NCBI GenBank assembly: GCA_965249575.1
Contig: OZ252244.1
Location: forward strand, 3,072,001-3,136,000
Length of the DNA stretch: 64,000 bases
Source: Gemmatimonadales bacterium
GTDB lineage: Bacteria; Gemmatimonadota; Gemmatimonadetes; Gemmatimonadales; GWC2-71-9
Direction of reading: 5' to 3'
Below are positions 18,561 through 28,995 of this stretch, piece by piece. The first letter of the stretch is position 1; each line of letters starts with the position of its first letter. Made by a program: the position numbers and the translations under genes. Below the pieces are notes generated by a model. The model made no database searches. It saw only the letters and a list, made by a program, of their open reading frames with translations, and was not told the origin of the DNA.

Positions 18561-21205
18561 GTCAGGTTTTCGTCGTCCCGCACACCCACTGGGATAGGGA
18601 GTGGTACGAGACGGCGCCACGTTTCCGACAGCGCCTGGTTGAAGCCGTCGACGAGCTGATCGAGATCCTCGAGTCGAACTCCGGGTTTCGATGCTTTCTG
18701 CTCGACGGCCAGACGGCGATTCTGCAGGACTATCTCACGGTCCGGCCGGATCAGCGAGAACGCCTTGCCGCGCTAGTAGGCCGTGGTCGAATCCTGATCG
18801 GGCCGTGGTACGTGCTCGCCGACGAACTGCTGTGCCCGGATGAGGTCCTGGTTCGAAATCTCTTCGAGGGGCGGCGCCTCGGCTCGGCCCTCGGCGGTTG
18901 GCTGCCGCTCGGATACAGTCCCGACGCGTTCGGACATCCCGCCGCCCTGCCGACGATACTACAGGGCTTCGGCATCGAGTGCGCGATCGTCTGGCGGGGG
19001 TACGGTGGCGAGCGGGGACAGGGGCTGGATTTGTTTCGCTGGGTGGCACCGGATGGCACCGGCGTCCTAGCTCACCACCTGCCCCCCGGCGGTTACGAGA
19101 TCGGAGCTGGCCTCACCGATGCGGCCGACTCGTTGGCCGCACGCTGGCGCCAGATCGAGCACACGCTGGTACCGCGTGCCGTGAACCCCGCGCTCCTCCT
19201 GATGAGCGGAGCCGACCACCACGCCCCCGCGGCCGAGCTCCCCGATGTCGTGCGAGACCTCGAGGCGATTGCGCCGGCACATTCGTTTCGCCTGGCCTCG
19301 CCGATGGACTATTTCGCGGCGCTTCCCGAAAACGGCGGCGTGCCCGAGGTGCGCGGAGAGCTCCGCTTCTCCTACCGGTACGCGTGGACTCTCCAGGGAG
19401 TCCACTCCACGCGCTCGAACATGAAGGCGGCCGTCGCCGAAGCATCCCAGCTGCTGCTGCGGTGGGCGGAACCGCAGCTCGCGCTCGTTTCCATGAGTGG
19501 GCGAGACCACCGGCCCCTGCTCCAGACCGCGTGGCGCGAGCAACTGCTCAACTACGCCCACGACACCATTGCAGGCTGCTCGGCCGATGAAGTGGCCGCG
19601 GAGTGCCTAGCCAGGACCGCTAGTGCCGCGACACAGGCCAGAGGCCTCCTCGTCGACGCCCTCTACGCCCGATTGGGCCTCGATCGGCGGCGGGCTCGCC
19701 GACAGCCCGCCGCGTGGCGGCCGACCCTAGCTGTGGTCAATCCGTCGCCCTGGGCTCGTTCAGGCGTGCTCGAAGCCACGGTCACCACCTTCGAACGCCA
19801 CGTTCCCGTGGGCCCGCCGGACTCCCGCTCTCCCGGGGAAACGGCTCCCTCGTCGTCAGGGGATCCCCCCCGGCTGGTCGACAGGGCCCGGAACGCGATC
19901 TCACTCCAGGTCCTGGGCTCGTACCCGGCCTACGAGCGCTTGGACAGTCCGGATGCGTATCCCGATCAGGATCTGGTACGGGCTCACCGGGTGGCGTTGT
20001 GGGTGGATGACGTGCCGGCGATGGGTGAGCGCTCACTTACAGTATTGGCTGGTCTGCTAAACCAAGAGCCAAAAAGGTCTTACAGCGCGGTCCGTGCCAG
20101 TGCGGGGGGGGCTGAGTCTGAGCGAGGATCACTTCGCGGACACGATGGAGGTGGCTTCACGTTCGTCGCGGCTGATCCGAGCGTGGGGGCAAAAGCAAGG
20201 TTCGGGCTGGGGCGGATCCAGAGTGAGCGTGACGAAGGCGACACGTACACGTTCCAGCCGTGCGTGGGGGACGACCCCCTAGAGGCCACGTGGGCTCCCG
20301 TACGGGAGGTGTGGGATGGTCCGCTCATCGCCGCAATCTCCCGCGATTTCGAAGTCGACGGCCGGGCTCGGGGCACCGTGTACGCCCGTCTCGACGCGGG
20401 GTCCGAATTGGCCCGCGTGGTCGTTACGGGGTGTAACCTCGCTGGCAACCACCGGCTTCGTATGACGTTCGCGCCCGCTCGCGGTTCGCCCGCTTCTTCG
20501 GTGATCGCGGACATGCAGTATGGGCCGACGAGACGAACGCGAGTCGAGTACCGAAACGCGGATTATCCAAAAGAATGGCCCGCACGGGCGGCCCCGATGC
20601 ATCGCTTCGTGAGCACGCCGGAAATGTCGGTCTTCGCACGCGGCCGTCACGAGTACGAACTGCTCCCGAATGGGGCACTCACCGTCACGCTGCACAGATC
20701 AGTCGGCGAGCTGTCGCGGTCAGATCTTCAGGCGCGCCCGGGGCATGCTGGTTTCCCGGCACTCACACCCGGGGCGCAGGAGATCGGGTCCTTTCGAGTC
20801 GAGCTGGCGTTCGCTGCCAAGGGCGTGCGGGCGGACAGCTCCGTAGCGGAGTGGGACGCGATCGAGCGCCTAGCCGAGGAATTCCACGCACCGTTGGCCG
20901 GGCTGATGATTCGCCACGCGATCGACCCGCCAGCGACAGTCGAGGGCCCCGAGCTCAAGGGCCTGGGGCTCGCGTTCAAATCGCTCAAGCCGCGGGAGAC
21001 CGGAGCGGGGATGACCCTGCGGTTCGCGAACGTCACGCAAGAACGCACCAGCGCCGTGTTGACGTTTCCAGCTCCTATCCGGCGAGCGTTCCGGGCCCGG
21101 CTGGACGAGACACCGCTCGAGCCCGCGGAGTTGTCCGGCGACCGACGTCAAATGGTCGTGGAATGTGGGCCGCGAGAAGTGGTGACCCTCGTCGTCGAGC
21201 CGTAA
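18557..21205 (+). CDS. Glycoside hydrolase family 38 alpha-mannosidase
   Basis: PHTHWDREWY, LLDGQT, GPWYVLADE, PDAFGH, HDTIAGCS. TTG start overlaps the previous stop. Confidence 0.92.
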   Translation: MSQVFVVPHTHWDREWYETAPRFRQRLVEAVDELIEILESNSGFRCFLLDGQTAILQDYLTVRPDQRERLAALVGRGRILIGPWYVLADELLCPDEVLVRNLFEGRRLGSALGGWLPLGYSPDAFGHPAALPTILQGFGIECAIVWRGYGGERGQGLDLFRWVAPDGTGVLAHHLPPGGYEIGAGLTDAADSLAARWRQIEHTLVPRAVNPALLLMSGADHHAPAAELPDVVRDLEAIAPAHSFRLASPMDYFAALPENGGVPEVRGELRFSYRYAWTLQGVHSTRSNMKAAVAEASQLLLRWAEPQLALVSMSGRDHRPLLQTAWREQLLNYAHDTIAGCSADEVAAECLARTASAATQARGLLVDALYARLGLDRRRARRQPAAWRPTLAVVNPSPWARSGVLEATVTTFERHVPVGPPDSRSPGETAPSSSGDPPRLVDRARNAISLQVLGSYPAYERLDSPDAYPDQDLVRAHRVALWVDDVPAMGERSLTVLAGLLNQEPKRSYSAVRASAGGAESERGSLRGHDGGGFTFVAADPSVGAKARFGLGRIQSERDEGDTYTFQPCVGDDPLEATWAPVREVWDGPLIAAISRDFEVDGRARGTVYARLDAGSELARVVVTGCNLAGNHRLRMTFAPARGSPASSVIADMQYGPTRRTRVEYRNADYPKEWPARAAPMHRFVSTPEMSVFARGRHEYELLPNGALTVTLHRSVGELSRSDLQARPGHAGFPALTPGAQEIGSFRVELAFAAKGVRADSSVAEWDAIERLAEEFHAPLAGLMIRHAIDPPATVEGPELKGLGLAFKSLKPRETGAGMTLRFANVTQERTSAVLTFPAPIRRAFRARLDETPLEPAELSGDRRQMVVECGPREVVTLVVEP

Positions 21206-22044
21206 CGGCTGCTGGGGTCGAGGGCGTCGCGGACGCCATCGCCGAGGAGGTTGCAGCCGATCACCGCGAGCACGACGGCCAGCCCGGGGAACGTGGCGAT
21301 CCACGGGGCATTGATCAGGGTCTCACGCCCGGCCGAGATCATGTTGCCCCACGATGGCGCAGGCGGCGGCACGCCCAGTCCCAGAAACGACAGACCGGCC
21401 TCCAGCGAGATCGCATTGCCCACGCCCAAGGCCGTAGCGATCACCACCGGCGTGAGCGCGTTTGGAAGAACGTGTCGCCGGAGCAGGCGGAGTGGCGGCA
21501 GTCCGGCGGCTTGGCCGGCCGTAACGAACGGCCGGGTCAGCACGGTCTTCACCTCCGCCCGAGCCAGCCTCGCGACGCCCATCCAGCCGGTAAAACCCAA
21601 GACGAGGATGACCAAGTGCAGGCTAGGCTCCCAGAGGGCGACCAACGCGAGCAGCAGCACGACTCGTGGGAGGGCGAGCGCGGCGTCGGTGGCCGCCATG
21701 AGCGCCCGTTCGGTCACCCCGCCGGCGACTGCCGCCCCCGCTCCAATCAAGGTGCCGAGCAAGACCGACACGGCCACTGCCAGAAAACCGACTGCCAATG
21801 AGATACGAGCCCCGTACAGGAGCCGCGAGAGCATGTCCCGGCCGAACTGGTCGGTGCCCAGCCAGTGCCGCATCCCATCCGGTCCGGTCGCGAGTGGCGC
21901 GAGCAAGCGGGTTTGAAGCACGTCACGCTGAACGCTCGGGTCTGTTGGCGCGATGGCCGGAGCGAGGAGCGCGAATACGATCAGCGTGCCCAGAATCGCG
22001 AGGCCGGTGACCGAGCGCCCGTCGCGCATCAGGGTCCGTATCAC
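21148..22044 (-). CDS. Peptide/nickel-type ABC transporter permease (DppC/OppC-like)
   Basis: HWLGTDQFGRD, RHVLPNAL, EAGLSFLGLG, SWGNMI, LLGDGVRDALDP. Confidence 0.93.
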   Translation of the reverse strand: MIRTLMRDGRSVTGLAILGTLIVFALLAPAIAPTDPSVQRDVLQTRLLAPLATGPDGMRHWLGTDQFGRDMLSRLLYGARISLAVGFLAVAVSVLLGTLIGAGAAVAGGVTERALMAATDAALALPRVVLLLALVALWEPSLHLVILVLGFTGWMGVARLARAEVKTVLTRPFVTAGQAAGLPPLRLLRRHVLPNALTPVVIATALGVGNAISLEAGLSFLGLGVPPPAPSWGNMISAGRETLINAPWIATFPGLAVVLAVIGCNLLGDGVRDALDPSSRYGSTTRVTTSRGPHSTTI

Positions 22045-23038
22045 TGGGGTGGCGGCTCCCGGAGCCGGGGGTCCAGTATCGCATACAGGGCGTCCGCCAA
22101 CGCATTGCCCAGCACGACGAGTAACCCGAAGATGGCGGTGGAGGCCATGAGCAGGGGATAGTCACGCGAGCCAACGGCGCTCACCATCTCTCGTCCCATT
22201 CCGGGCCACGCGAAGATGACTTCGACGAAGACAGTCCCCGAGAACAGCGCCGGCAACGACAGACCCATCAGGGTGATGACCGGAATAAGGGCGTTTCGCA
22301 GGATGTGGCGGAACTCCACCCGAACGGCGGACAGCCCTTTGGCGCGCGCGGTGCGCACGAAATCGAGATTCCGAACGTCGCTGGCCGATCCGCGCACGTA
22401 CCGCGCCGTACCGGCGACTCCAATGGCCGACAGCGTCGCGAGTGGAAGGGCAAGGTGTTTGACGCGGTCGAGGAAGCGACCCCATGGGCTCAAGAAATCG
22501 GCATCCAGGGCGGAGACACCCAGGGCGGGGAATCGAAGGAGGTCGGGCCAGTCAAACCGGGCCGCGCCATAGGAGAACACCATGACGAGCATGAGCGCGA
22601 GCCAATACGCGGGCATGCCGTACACAAATAGGGTCCCGACGGTGATTCCCACGTCGAGCGGCGAGCGCCGTCGCGCTGCCTGCAGCGCCCCACGAGTACA
22701 CCGCCCACATACGTGATGGTCAGCGAGGCGCCCGACAAGAGCAAGGTGTGGGGAAGGGCGTCCAGTATCACGCGCGCCACCGGGCGCTGCTGCGCTAGGC
22801 TCGTGCCCCAGTCGCCGCGCAAGAAATCCGCCAGCCATGTTAGATATCGTACCAACAGCGGACGGTCGAGCCCAAGTGCTCGGCGGGCTGCTGCCAGGTC
22901 ACCGGGTCCCGCGTCGGGGCCAACCCACAGCCGCGCGGGGTCGCCGGGCGCCAGGTTGATGAGCAGGAACGTCACCGACACGACTGCGAGTATCAGCCCG
23001 GCGCCCAACGCGGAGCGCCGCAGGAGGTGTCGCATCAT
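22041..23038 (-). CDS. Peptide/nickel-type ABC transporter permease (DppB/OppB-like); frameshift near 22690
   Basis: N half LAPGDPA..LGLDRPL..GDWGTSL; C half RTARAKGL..RHILRNAL..EVIFAWPGMG..RDYP..LDPR in another frame. One extra G in the run at 22688-22691 restores GVLVG-ALQAARR. Confidence 0.88.
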
Positions 23039-23090
23039 ACGCAACTCTGAGTCCGGAGCGCACCGTTCGTCAAGCGGCCGGCCTCGCGCC

Positions 23091-24653
23091 ATGGCGCTCC
23101 CGCTCGCGGCGATGCTTGGGTTGGCGGCCTGCGGCGAGCCAGCCCGCTTGGGAGGCCCGGCGGTCTTCTTCGCCTCCGGTGCCGATCTCCAGTCGGTCAA
23201 CCCGCTGGTGACGACGCATCCGTTGGCGAAGCAGGTGCAGAAACATGTCCTGCTCATGACCCTGGCGTCCTACGATTCGCTCCTGGAGCCCACCCCGAGA
23301 CTCGCAGATTGGGAGTGGGACTCCGACCGCCGTGCGCTTTCGTTCGCGCTCCGCCGGGACGTCCCGTGGCACGATGGTGTCCCGACCACCGCGTACGATG
23401 TGGCCTGGACGCTGCAAATGGCCCGGGACGCGCGTGTGGCGTATCCTCGGCGGAGCGACCTCGCTGGAATCCAGTCCGTTACGCCGCTGGACTCCTTCAC
23501 GGTTCGCGTCGCGTTCGCGGGCGCCCAGTCGACTTTCCCCGATGTCATGACCGATCTGGCGATTCTCCCCCGCCACCGCTTTCGCGATGTGAGGCCTGGC
23601 GACGTCCGCACGGCTGCGTTCGAACGCCAGCCGGTTGGGAACGGGCCGTTCGCATTCGTGGAGCACCGGCCGAACCAACGCTGGGTCTTCCGGAGGTCCG
23701 AGACGTTTCCGTTGTCCTTGGGACGGCCCTCCATCGAGCGACTGGTTATCGCGATCGTCGACGAGCCGACGACGAAGCTGGCAGCGCTGACGTCAGGAGA
23801 GTTGGACTTCGCAGGGATCAGTCCGGCGCACGCGGGATTCATTCGACAAGACCCCCGGCTCGACGTGATCGAGTATCCGGTGTTGTTCGTGAACGCCCTC
23901 ATCTGGAATCTCCGGAGACCGCCGTTCGACGACCCGGCCGTTCGGAGGGCACTGGGGTTGTCGATCGACCGTGAGCTGATCGTCCGGGCCTACACGCATG
24001 GTTTCGCGGAAGTGGCGGGCGGGCCGGTGGCATCGGAACACCCATGGCACGAGCCGGTCTTTCCTGAGCGATACGACCCGGAAGCTGCCGGAAGCCTGCT
24101 CGACGCTGCGGGCTGGACGGAGAACGAAGACGGCATTCGCGAGCGGGGCGGTCGCACGCTGTCCTTCGATCTCCTCACAGTCGGCAGCGGAGACAACGGG
24201 CTCGAGCAGATGCTCCAGGCCCAACTCCGGGACGTCGGCGCGGACGCGCGCATCCGGCAGCTCGAGCTCGCGACTTTCCTAGCCGTGGCGCAGGGAGTGG
24301 ACCGAGATTTCGATGCGCTCGTGACCGGCATCCCGGGCGATTTGTCCCTCGGCTATGTCGCCGCCATGTTCAATAGTGGGGATCCTGGTCCCCTCGCCTA
24401 TTCCGGCTATCAGAGTGAGGAATTCAACGAAGCGATCGAGTGGTCGAGACGGACCGTTTCAGAGGCGGAACTTCGCGAGGCCTGGGGCCAGGCCCAGCGG
24501 GTGTTAGCGCGGGACAAACCAGTCGCCTGGTTGTATCACTCGCGGGGCGTGCAGGGTGTGAACCGCCGCGTCCGGGGTGTCCGGCTCGACCTTCGTGGAG
24601 AACTTGCCGGGATTGCTCGGTGGTCCGTCGACAGCGAGGAGCAACGGCATTGA
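23091..24653 (+). CDS. ABC substrate-binding lipoprotein, family 5 (DppA/OppA-like)
   Basis: Lipobox LGLAAC after ATG 23091, WHDGVPTTAYDVAWT, PVGNGPF, FDDPAVRRAL. Confidence 0.9.
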   Translation: MALPLAAMLGLAACGEPARLGGPAVFFASGADLQSVNPLVTTHPLAKQVQKHVLLMTLASYDSLLEPTPRLADWEWDSDRRALSFALRRDVPWHDGVPTTAYDVAWTLQMARDARVAYPRRSDLAGIQSVTPLDSFTVRVAFAGAQSTFPDVMTDLAILPRHRFRDVRPGDVRTAAFERQPVGNGPFAFVEHRPNQRWVFRRSETFPLSLGRPSIERLVIAIVDEPTTKLAALTSGELDFAGISPAHAGFIRQDPRLDVIEYPVLFVNALIWNLRRPPFDDPAVRRALGLSIDRELIVRAYTHGFAEVAGGPVASEHPWHEPVFPERYDPEAAGSLLDAAGWTENEDGIRERGGRTLSFDLLTVGSGDNGLEQMLQAQLRDVGADARIRQLELATFLAVAQGVDRDFDALVTGIPGDLSLGYVAAMFNSGDPGPLAYSGYQSEEFNEAIEWSRRTVSEAELREAWGQAQRVLARDKPVAWLYHSRGVQGVNRRVRGVRLDLRGELAGIARWSVDSEEQRH

Positions 24654-25509
24654 GTTGGCATGCGCGGGCCCCCGTGCGGGTGGACTTCGCGGGCGGCTGG
24701 TCGGACGTACCGACCTTCGCCCGACATGAAGGCGGTGGTGTCGTCAACACGGCGGTGGCGCTGTATGTCCACGTCGACGTGTTGGCGGGAGAGCCCGGGG
24801 TGCTCCTCCACGCCGAGGATCTCCAGATCCACGAGCGCATTCGATCTCCGCACGGCATCGTGTATGATGGGAAACTGGATCTCCACAAAGCGGCCATCAA
24901 CATGCTTCCGGTGACCGGCGGGGTTGAAATCATCTCCCGGGCCGACGTGCCGGCTGGGTCTGGACTTGGGGCATCCGGCGCTCTCGACGTGGCGCTCCTT
25001 GCGGCGCTTGCGGCTTGTCGCCGCGAGAGCTTCGGTCCCACAGAGCTTGCGGAGCTGGGGTTTCATCTCGAGGCAACGGAGCTCGGGTTGCTCGGCGGGC
25101 GTCAGGATCAGTACGCGGCGGCGCTTGGCGGCTTCCATGAGTTGTCCTTCAGCGGAGCGGGTGTCGAGGCGGTCCCACTCGCGATCACGGTCGACGCGGC
25201 TCGCGACCTCGAGGGGCACAGCACGCTTGTGTACACGGGTGAGTCGCACTTCTCCTCTCGGACCCACGCAAGGGTGTGGGAGGCCTACGAGTCGGGAGAC
25301 GCCACGGTTGTCGAGGCATTGAAGACGATTCGCGATCTCGCGTCACCGGCGGCCAGCGCGCTGTCGGCCGGGGAATGGGCGCGCCTGGCGGAGGTGGTCG
25401 GGCTGTCGAAGAGGCCGTCACCTCACTCGGCGCGCGCTGTCTCGAATGGGCGTTCGATTTCGAAGGTGTCACGACATGGGAGCGGGAGGGTGCTGGCAGC
25501 GACGCCTGA
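24650..25509 (+). CDS. GHMP-family sugar kinase (HddA/fucokinase-like); internal deletion and frameshift near 25400
   Basis: APVRVDFAGGWSD, PAGSGLGASGA, GGRQDQYAA. The true C-terminus AVEEAV..WAFDFEGVTTWE is in another frame (stop 25509). The GAGGGG motif region is absent. Confidence 0.8.
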
Positions 25510-28270
25510 CGACCTGGTTGTCCGGCGGCGGGCCATCGCTGGTTCCGGCGTGCTGCAAGCGCTGGCCACCCGTCTCCGCACCCTGGTCGCGCCGCTTCTA
25601 GCCGGCCCGGTCTACCTCCCCGACCAGAAGGCTCAGTTGTCGCAAACCGGGGGCGTCTGCGCCCGAGATGGGTCTCGCCTCGCGTTCGATCCGCTGAGCC
25701 CTTCGCTGCACCGCTGCCCGGCGTGCGCTACCGAATTCACCGGAGAGCAGCACCATCGCGCGTGGATCCTCCGATACCACTTGTGGCTCAGCGAACGTGC
25801 AGCGCATCTCGCGGCTCTCGGGGCGGTGCAGGGGGATGTGAAGTGCGCGCGCCGCGCCGCGCAGCTCCTGGACGCGTATGCTGCACGGTATCGTGACTAT
25901 CCGAATCAAGACAACGTCCTGGGCCCGACCCGGCTGTTCTTTTCGACCTACCTCGAGTCGATCTGGCTCTCGCAGCTCGTGTTCGCGGCCTCGCTGATCG
26001 ACCTCGTTGAGTCCGGCGAGGGGTGGCACGGCGGCGAGCGCGAACGCGTGCGGTCGATGGTCGCTGAGTCGGTCGGCATCATCGGGTCGTTCGACGAGAT
26101 GTGGTCTAACCGACAAGTCTGGAACAACGCCGCGATGATCGCGGCGGGGCGGTGGCTGGATGAGGTGGCCGTCGTCGATCGAGGTCTGCGGGGGGCGCAC
26201 GGCCTCTACGAGCAGATGTCGCGCTGCGTCTCGAGCGATGGCTTCTGGCACGAGGGCGAGAACTATCACTTTTTTGCGCTCCGCGGAATGCTCCTGGCGG
26301 CCGAAGCACTCCGCTCGGGAGGACTCGATCTCTACACTGACGGCCAGGTTGGTGCGCGTCTGCGGGCGATGTACCACGCTCCATTTCTGAGCGTACTGCC
26401 GGACTTGAGTTTGCCGGCGAGGAGCGATTCTCCCTTCGGCGTGTCGCTACGCCAACAACGGTTCGCGGAGTTGTGGGAAATCGGGCGGGCCCGGACCGGT
26501 GACGGTGCGGTCGAGGCGTTCCTGGCCGAACTCTACGACATGGACGGGCCGAGCGGCGACGATTTTGGATCGTCGGACATCGCGGAGCTCGAGACCCACC
26601 GGCCCGCCCAAGAGATTTCGCGCGCGTGCCTCGGATGGAAAGCATTCATGTGGATGGATCCTTCGGAGCCCCGCACAGAGGCTGGAAGTTGGCGCGTAGG
26701 CTCGCAACTACTCGTTGAGGACGGGCTGGCGGTGCTGCGGTCGGGGCCCTCGCGCTACGCGAGCCTCGAGTGCGGTCCGGGTCGGGGTGGCCACGGCCAT
26801 CCGGACCTGTTACACGCTTCCCTGTTCTGGCACGTGTCGTGGCTCGCCGACCTCGGTGCGGGATCGTATGTATCGCCATCGCTCGCGTGGTACCGGTCTG
26901 CTCTCGCGCACAATGCTCCCGGCGTCGCGCGCGTCGGACAGCGGAGTCGCGGAGGCTTCTGCGCCGCCTTCGACCAGGGCGATGCCTGGAGTTGGTGCCG
27001 GGGGGTCGCGCGCAACCTCTTCGGCGGGTCGACGCGGGCAATGCGCACCCTCGTGGTGGGACCGGATTACGTTGTCGATGTAGTGGACGTGGAGGTGCCG
27101 GACGAGATGGAAATCGATTTCCCCATTCACCCGTAGGGCTCGGTGCGCTTCGCTCCTGGGGTGCGCGCGGTGCTGGCACCGGCGTCGCTCGGAACGGGCG
27201 GGACCGAACGACAGGAACACGGTTACGACTGGGTGCGGGATGCCCAGATTCTGGAGGGCGATCCGGTCCGGTTCGAGGTCGAGCAGGGCGAGCACCAGCT
27301 CGATCTGCTGCTAGTGCCCAGGCGTGGCGAGACCGTGTTCGTGGGGCGGGCGCCCGGTCCCCCGAGTGTGCATTTTGCGGACGGCGGACCGGCGACGCTC
27401 GTCGTCAGGCGGGCAAAAGGCCCCGGTCGGTGGGTGCAGTTGTACGCATCCCACCCATCCCCCGTGCGGACGGCGACCGCCGACGAAGCCGGTGTGCGGA
27501 TCGGTCGCGTGGGTGGCTCGTTCGAGACGATCGTCGAGGGGCGGGAAGGCCTTCGTGTCCGTGACACTTCCGAACGGGAGCACGAGCTCGGGGGTCTGCT
27601 GAAAGAGCGAACCGGGTCGGCGCACACGGTGCCGACACCCGTAGAGACGGTTTGCCCGCTCCTCGATCGGATTCCGCCCCTCACGAACTGGGAGGAAGTT
27701 CTCCCTCCCGAGGCGGTCCATGCGCTCGGGCGTGCTCACTACAGACGGTCGGAGCGCCTGTATGAATCCCCAGAGGAATTCTCAGCCGACGTAGCGGTCT
27801 TCGCCTCCCGGTCCAGCCTTTGTTTCGCGGCTACGGTCAGGAAGCCACACTTGGTCGTCCCGGTTGACGGAGCGGCCGAATCGGAGCTCGACAACGAAGC
27901 GGGGGATATTCACTCCGACGGCCTCCAGTGCTACGTTCGCCTCGACAGCTGGCACGGTTTCGTCGTTCGTCCCGATCTCGAGAGCGGGGGCGTGCGGGCC
28001 CGGGGCGTCGCCGGTACGGCTGGCGACCCCGCGCGCATCGCGGGTCGAAGCACTATGACATCGGACGGATACCGGATGCTCGTCGAATTCGCCTGCGAGC
28101 GCCCCATCGCCCGCGGCGACCGGTTTCCGGTCAATCTCGTGGTGAATCAAATGTTGCCGGGAAGGACTCGGCGCGCGGGGCAGCTCGTGCTGTCAGGCGA
28201 CGGGGAGTGGGTGTATCTCCGTGGGGACCGAGAGGATTCTGCCCGGGCCGTTATCGCGGAGGTGTCATGA
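25490..28270 (+). CDS. Heparinase II/III-like polysaccharide lyase with C-terminal CBM9/DOMON-like domain; in-frame TAG at 27134-27136
   Basis: GTG 25490 MLAATPDDL after a G-rich RBS. Motifs C..D..FDP..HRCPAC, SNRQVWNN, DGFWHEGENYH, GGHGHPD, YRSALAHN. ORF 27143 continues in the same frame after the TAG. Confidence 0.75.
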
Positions 28271-28995
28271 GTCTCGCGGTCATCCTCCACCAGACCCAGG
28301 ATATCGTCAACATTGCCGGGGTAGTTCGCGCGATGAGCAACTTCGGGCTGCGGGACCTCCGGCTCGTCAGTCCTGCCGAGTTCGAGGTCCGGCGCATCCG
28401 CGGCATCGCGCACAAGAGCGGCGAGATCCTCAAACGCGTGCGACACTTCGACGAGTTGGACGAAGCCCTGTCCGACCGGACATTCGTGGTGGGCATGACG
28501 GCGCGCCAACGGAGCGCCAAGCGGAACGCTCTTCGCCCGCGCGAGGCAGCCCATGAAATCCACAGCATGGCCCAAACCGAAACCGTAGCGATTCTCTTGG
28601 GTCCCGAAGACAAGGGTCTCACGAACGAAAATCTGGATCGGTGCCACCGAACCGTCACGATCCCGACGACCCCCGATTACAGCTCGCTGAACCTCGCCCA
28701 GGCGTTTTCGATCCTCGCGTACGAGCTTTTCACGATCGATGGGCCGCCCCCCTTAAAACCGCCGAAGCGACCGGCCGAGCCGGCATCCGGCGAAGCGCTG
28801 GAGCAACTCTTCCGAGACGCGGAGCATGCATTGGCGGCGATCGAGTTTTTCAAAACGAGGCACCGCGCGGCCATCCTGCGCACGATCCGGGAGTGCGCTC
28901 ACCGCACGCCGCTCGATCTGCGCGAAGCCCGCCTGTTTCGAGCGATGTGTCTCGAGGTCGTGCGGTTTCTGGAGCGCACGGGGTACAAGGCGTGA
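28267..28995 (+). CDS. trmJ: SPOUT RNA methyltransferase, TrmJ/YjtD (TrmH group 1) family
   Basis: NIAGVVRAMSNFGL, GMTAR, LGPEDKGLTNE, YSSLNLAQA. ATG overlaps the upstream TGA. Confidence 0.88.
   Translation: MSLAVILHQTQDIVNIAGVVRAMSNFGLRDLRLVSPAEFEVRRIRGIAHKSGEILKRVRHFDELDEALSDRTFVVGMTARQRSAKRNALRPREAAHEIHSMAQTETVAILLGPEDKGLTNENLDRCHRTVTIPTTPDYSSLNLAQAFSILAYELFTIDGPPPLKPPKRPAEPASGEALEQLFRDAEHALAAIEFFKTRHRAAILRTIRECAHRTPLDLREARLFRAMCLEVVRFLERTGYKA

Noticed and set aside
24440..27136. 898-aa GHMP kinase-heparinase fusion as a novel protein
   Set aside because: The kinase's own C-terminus and stop are in another frame and the lyase has its own RBS and start; the fusion results from a deletion.
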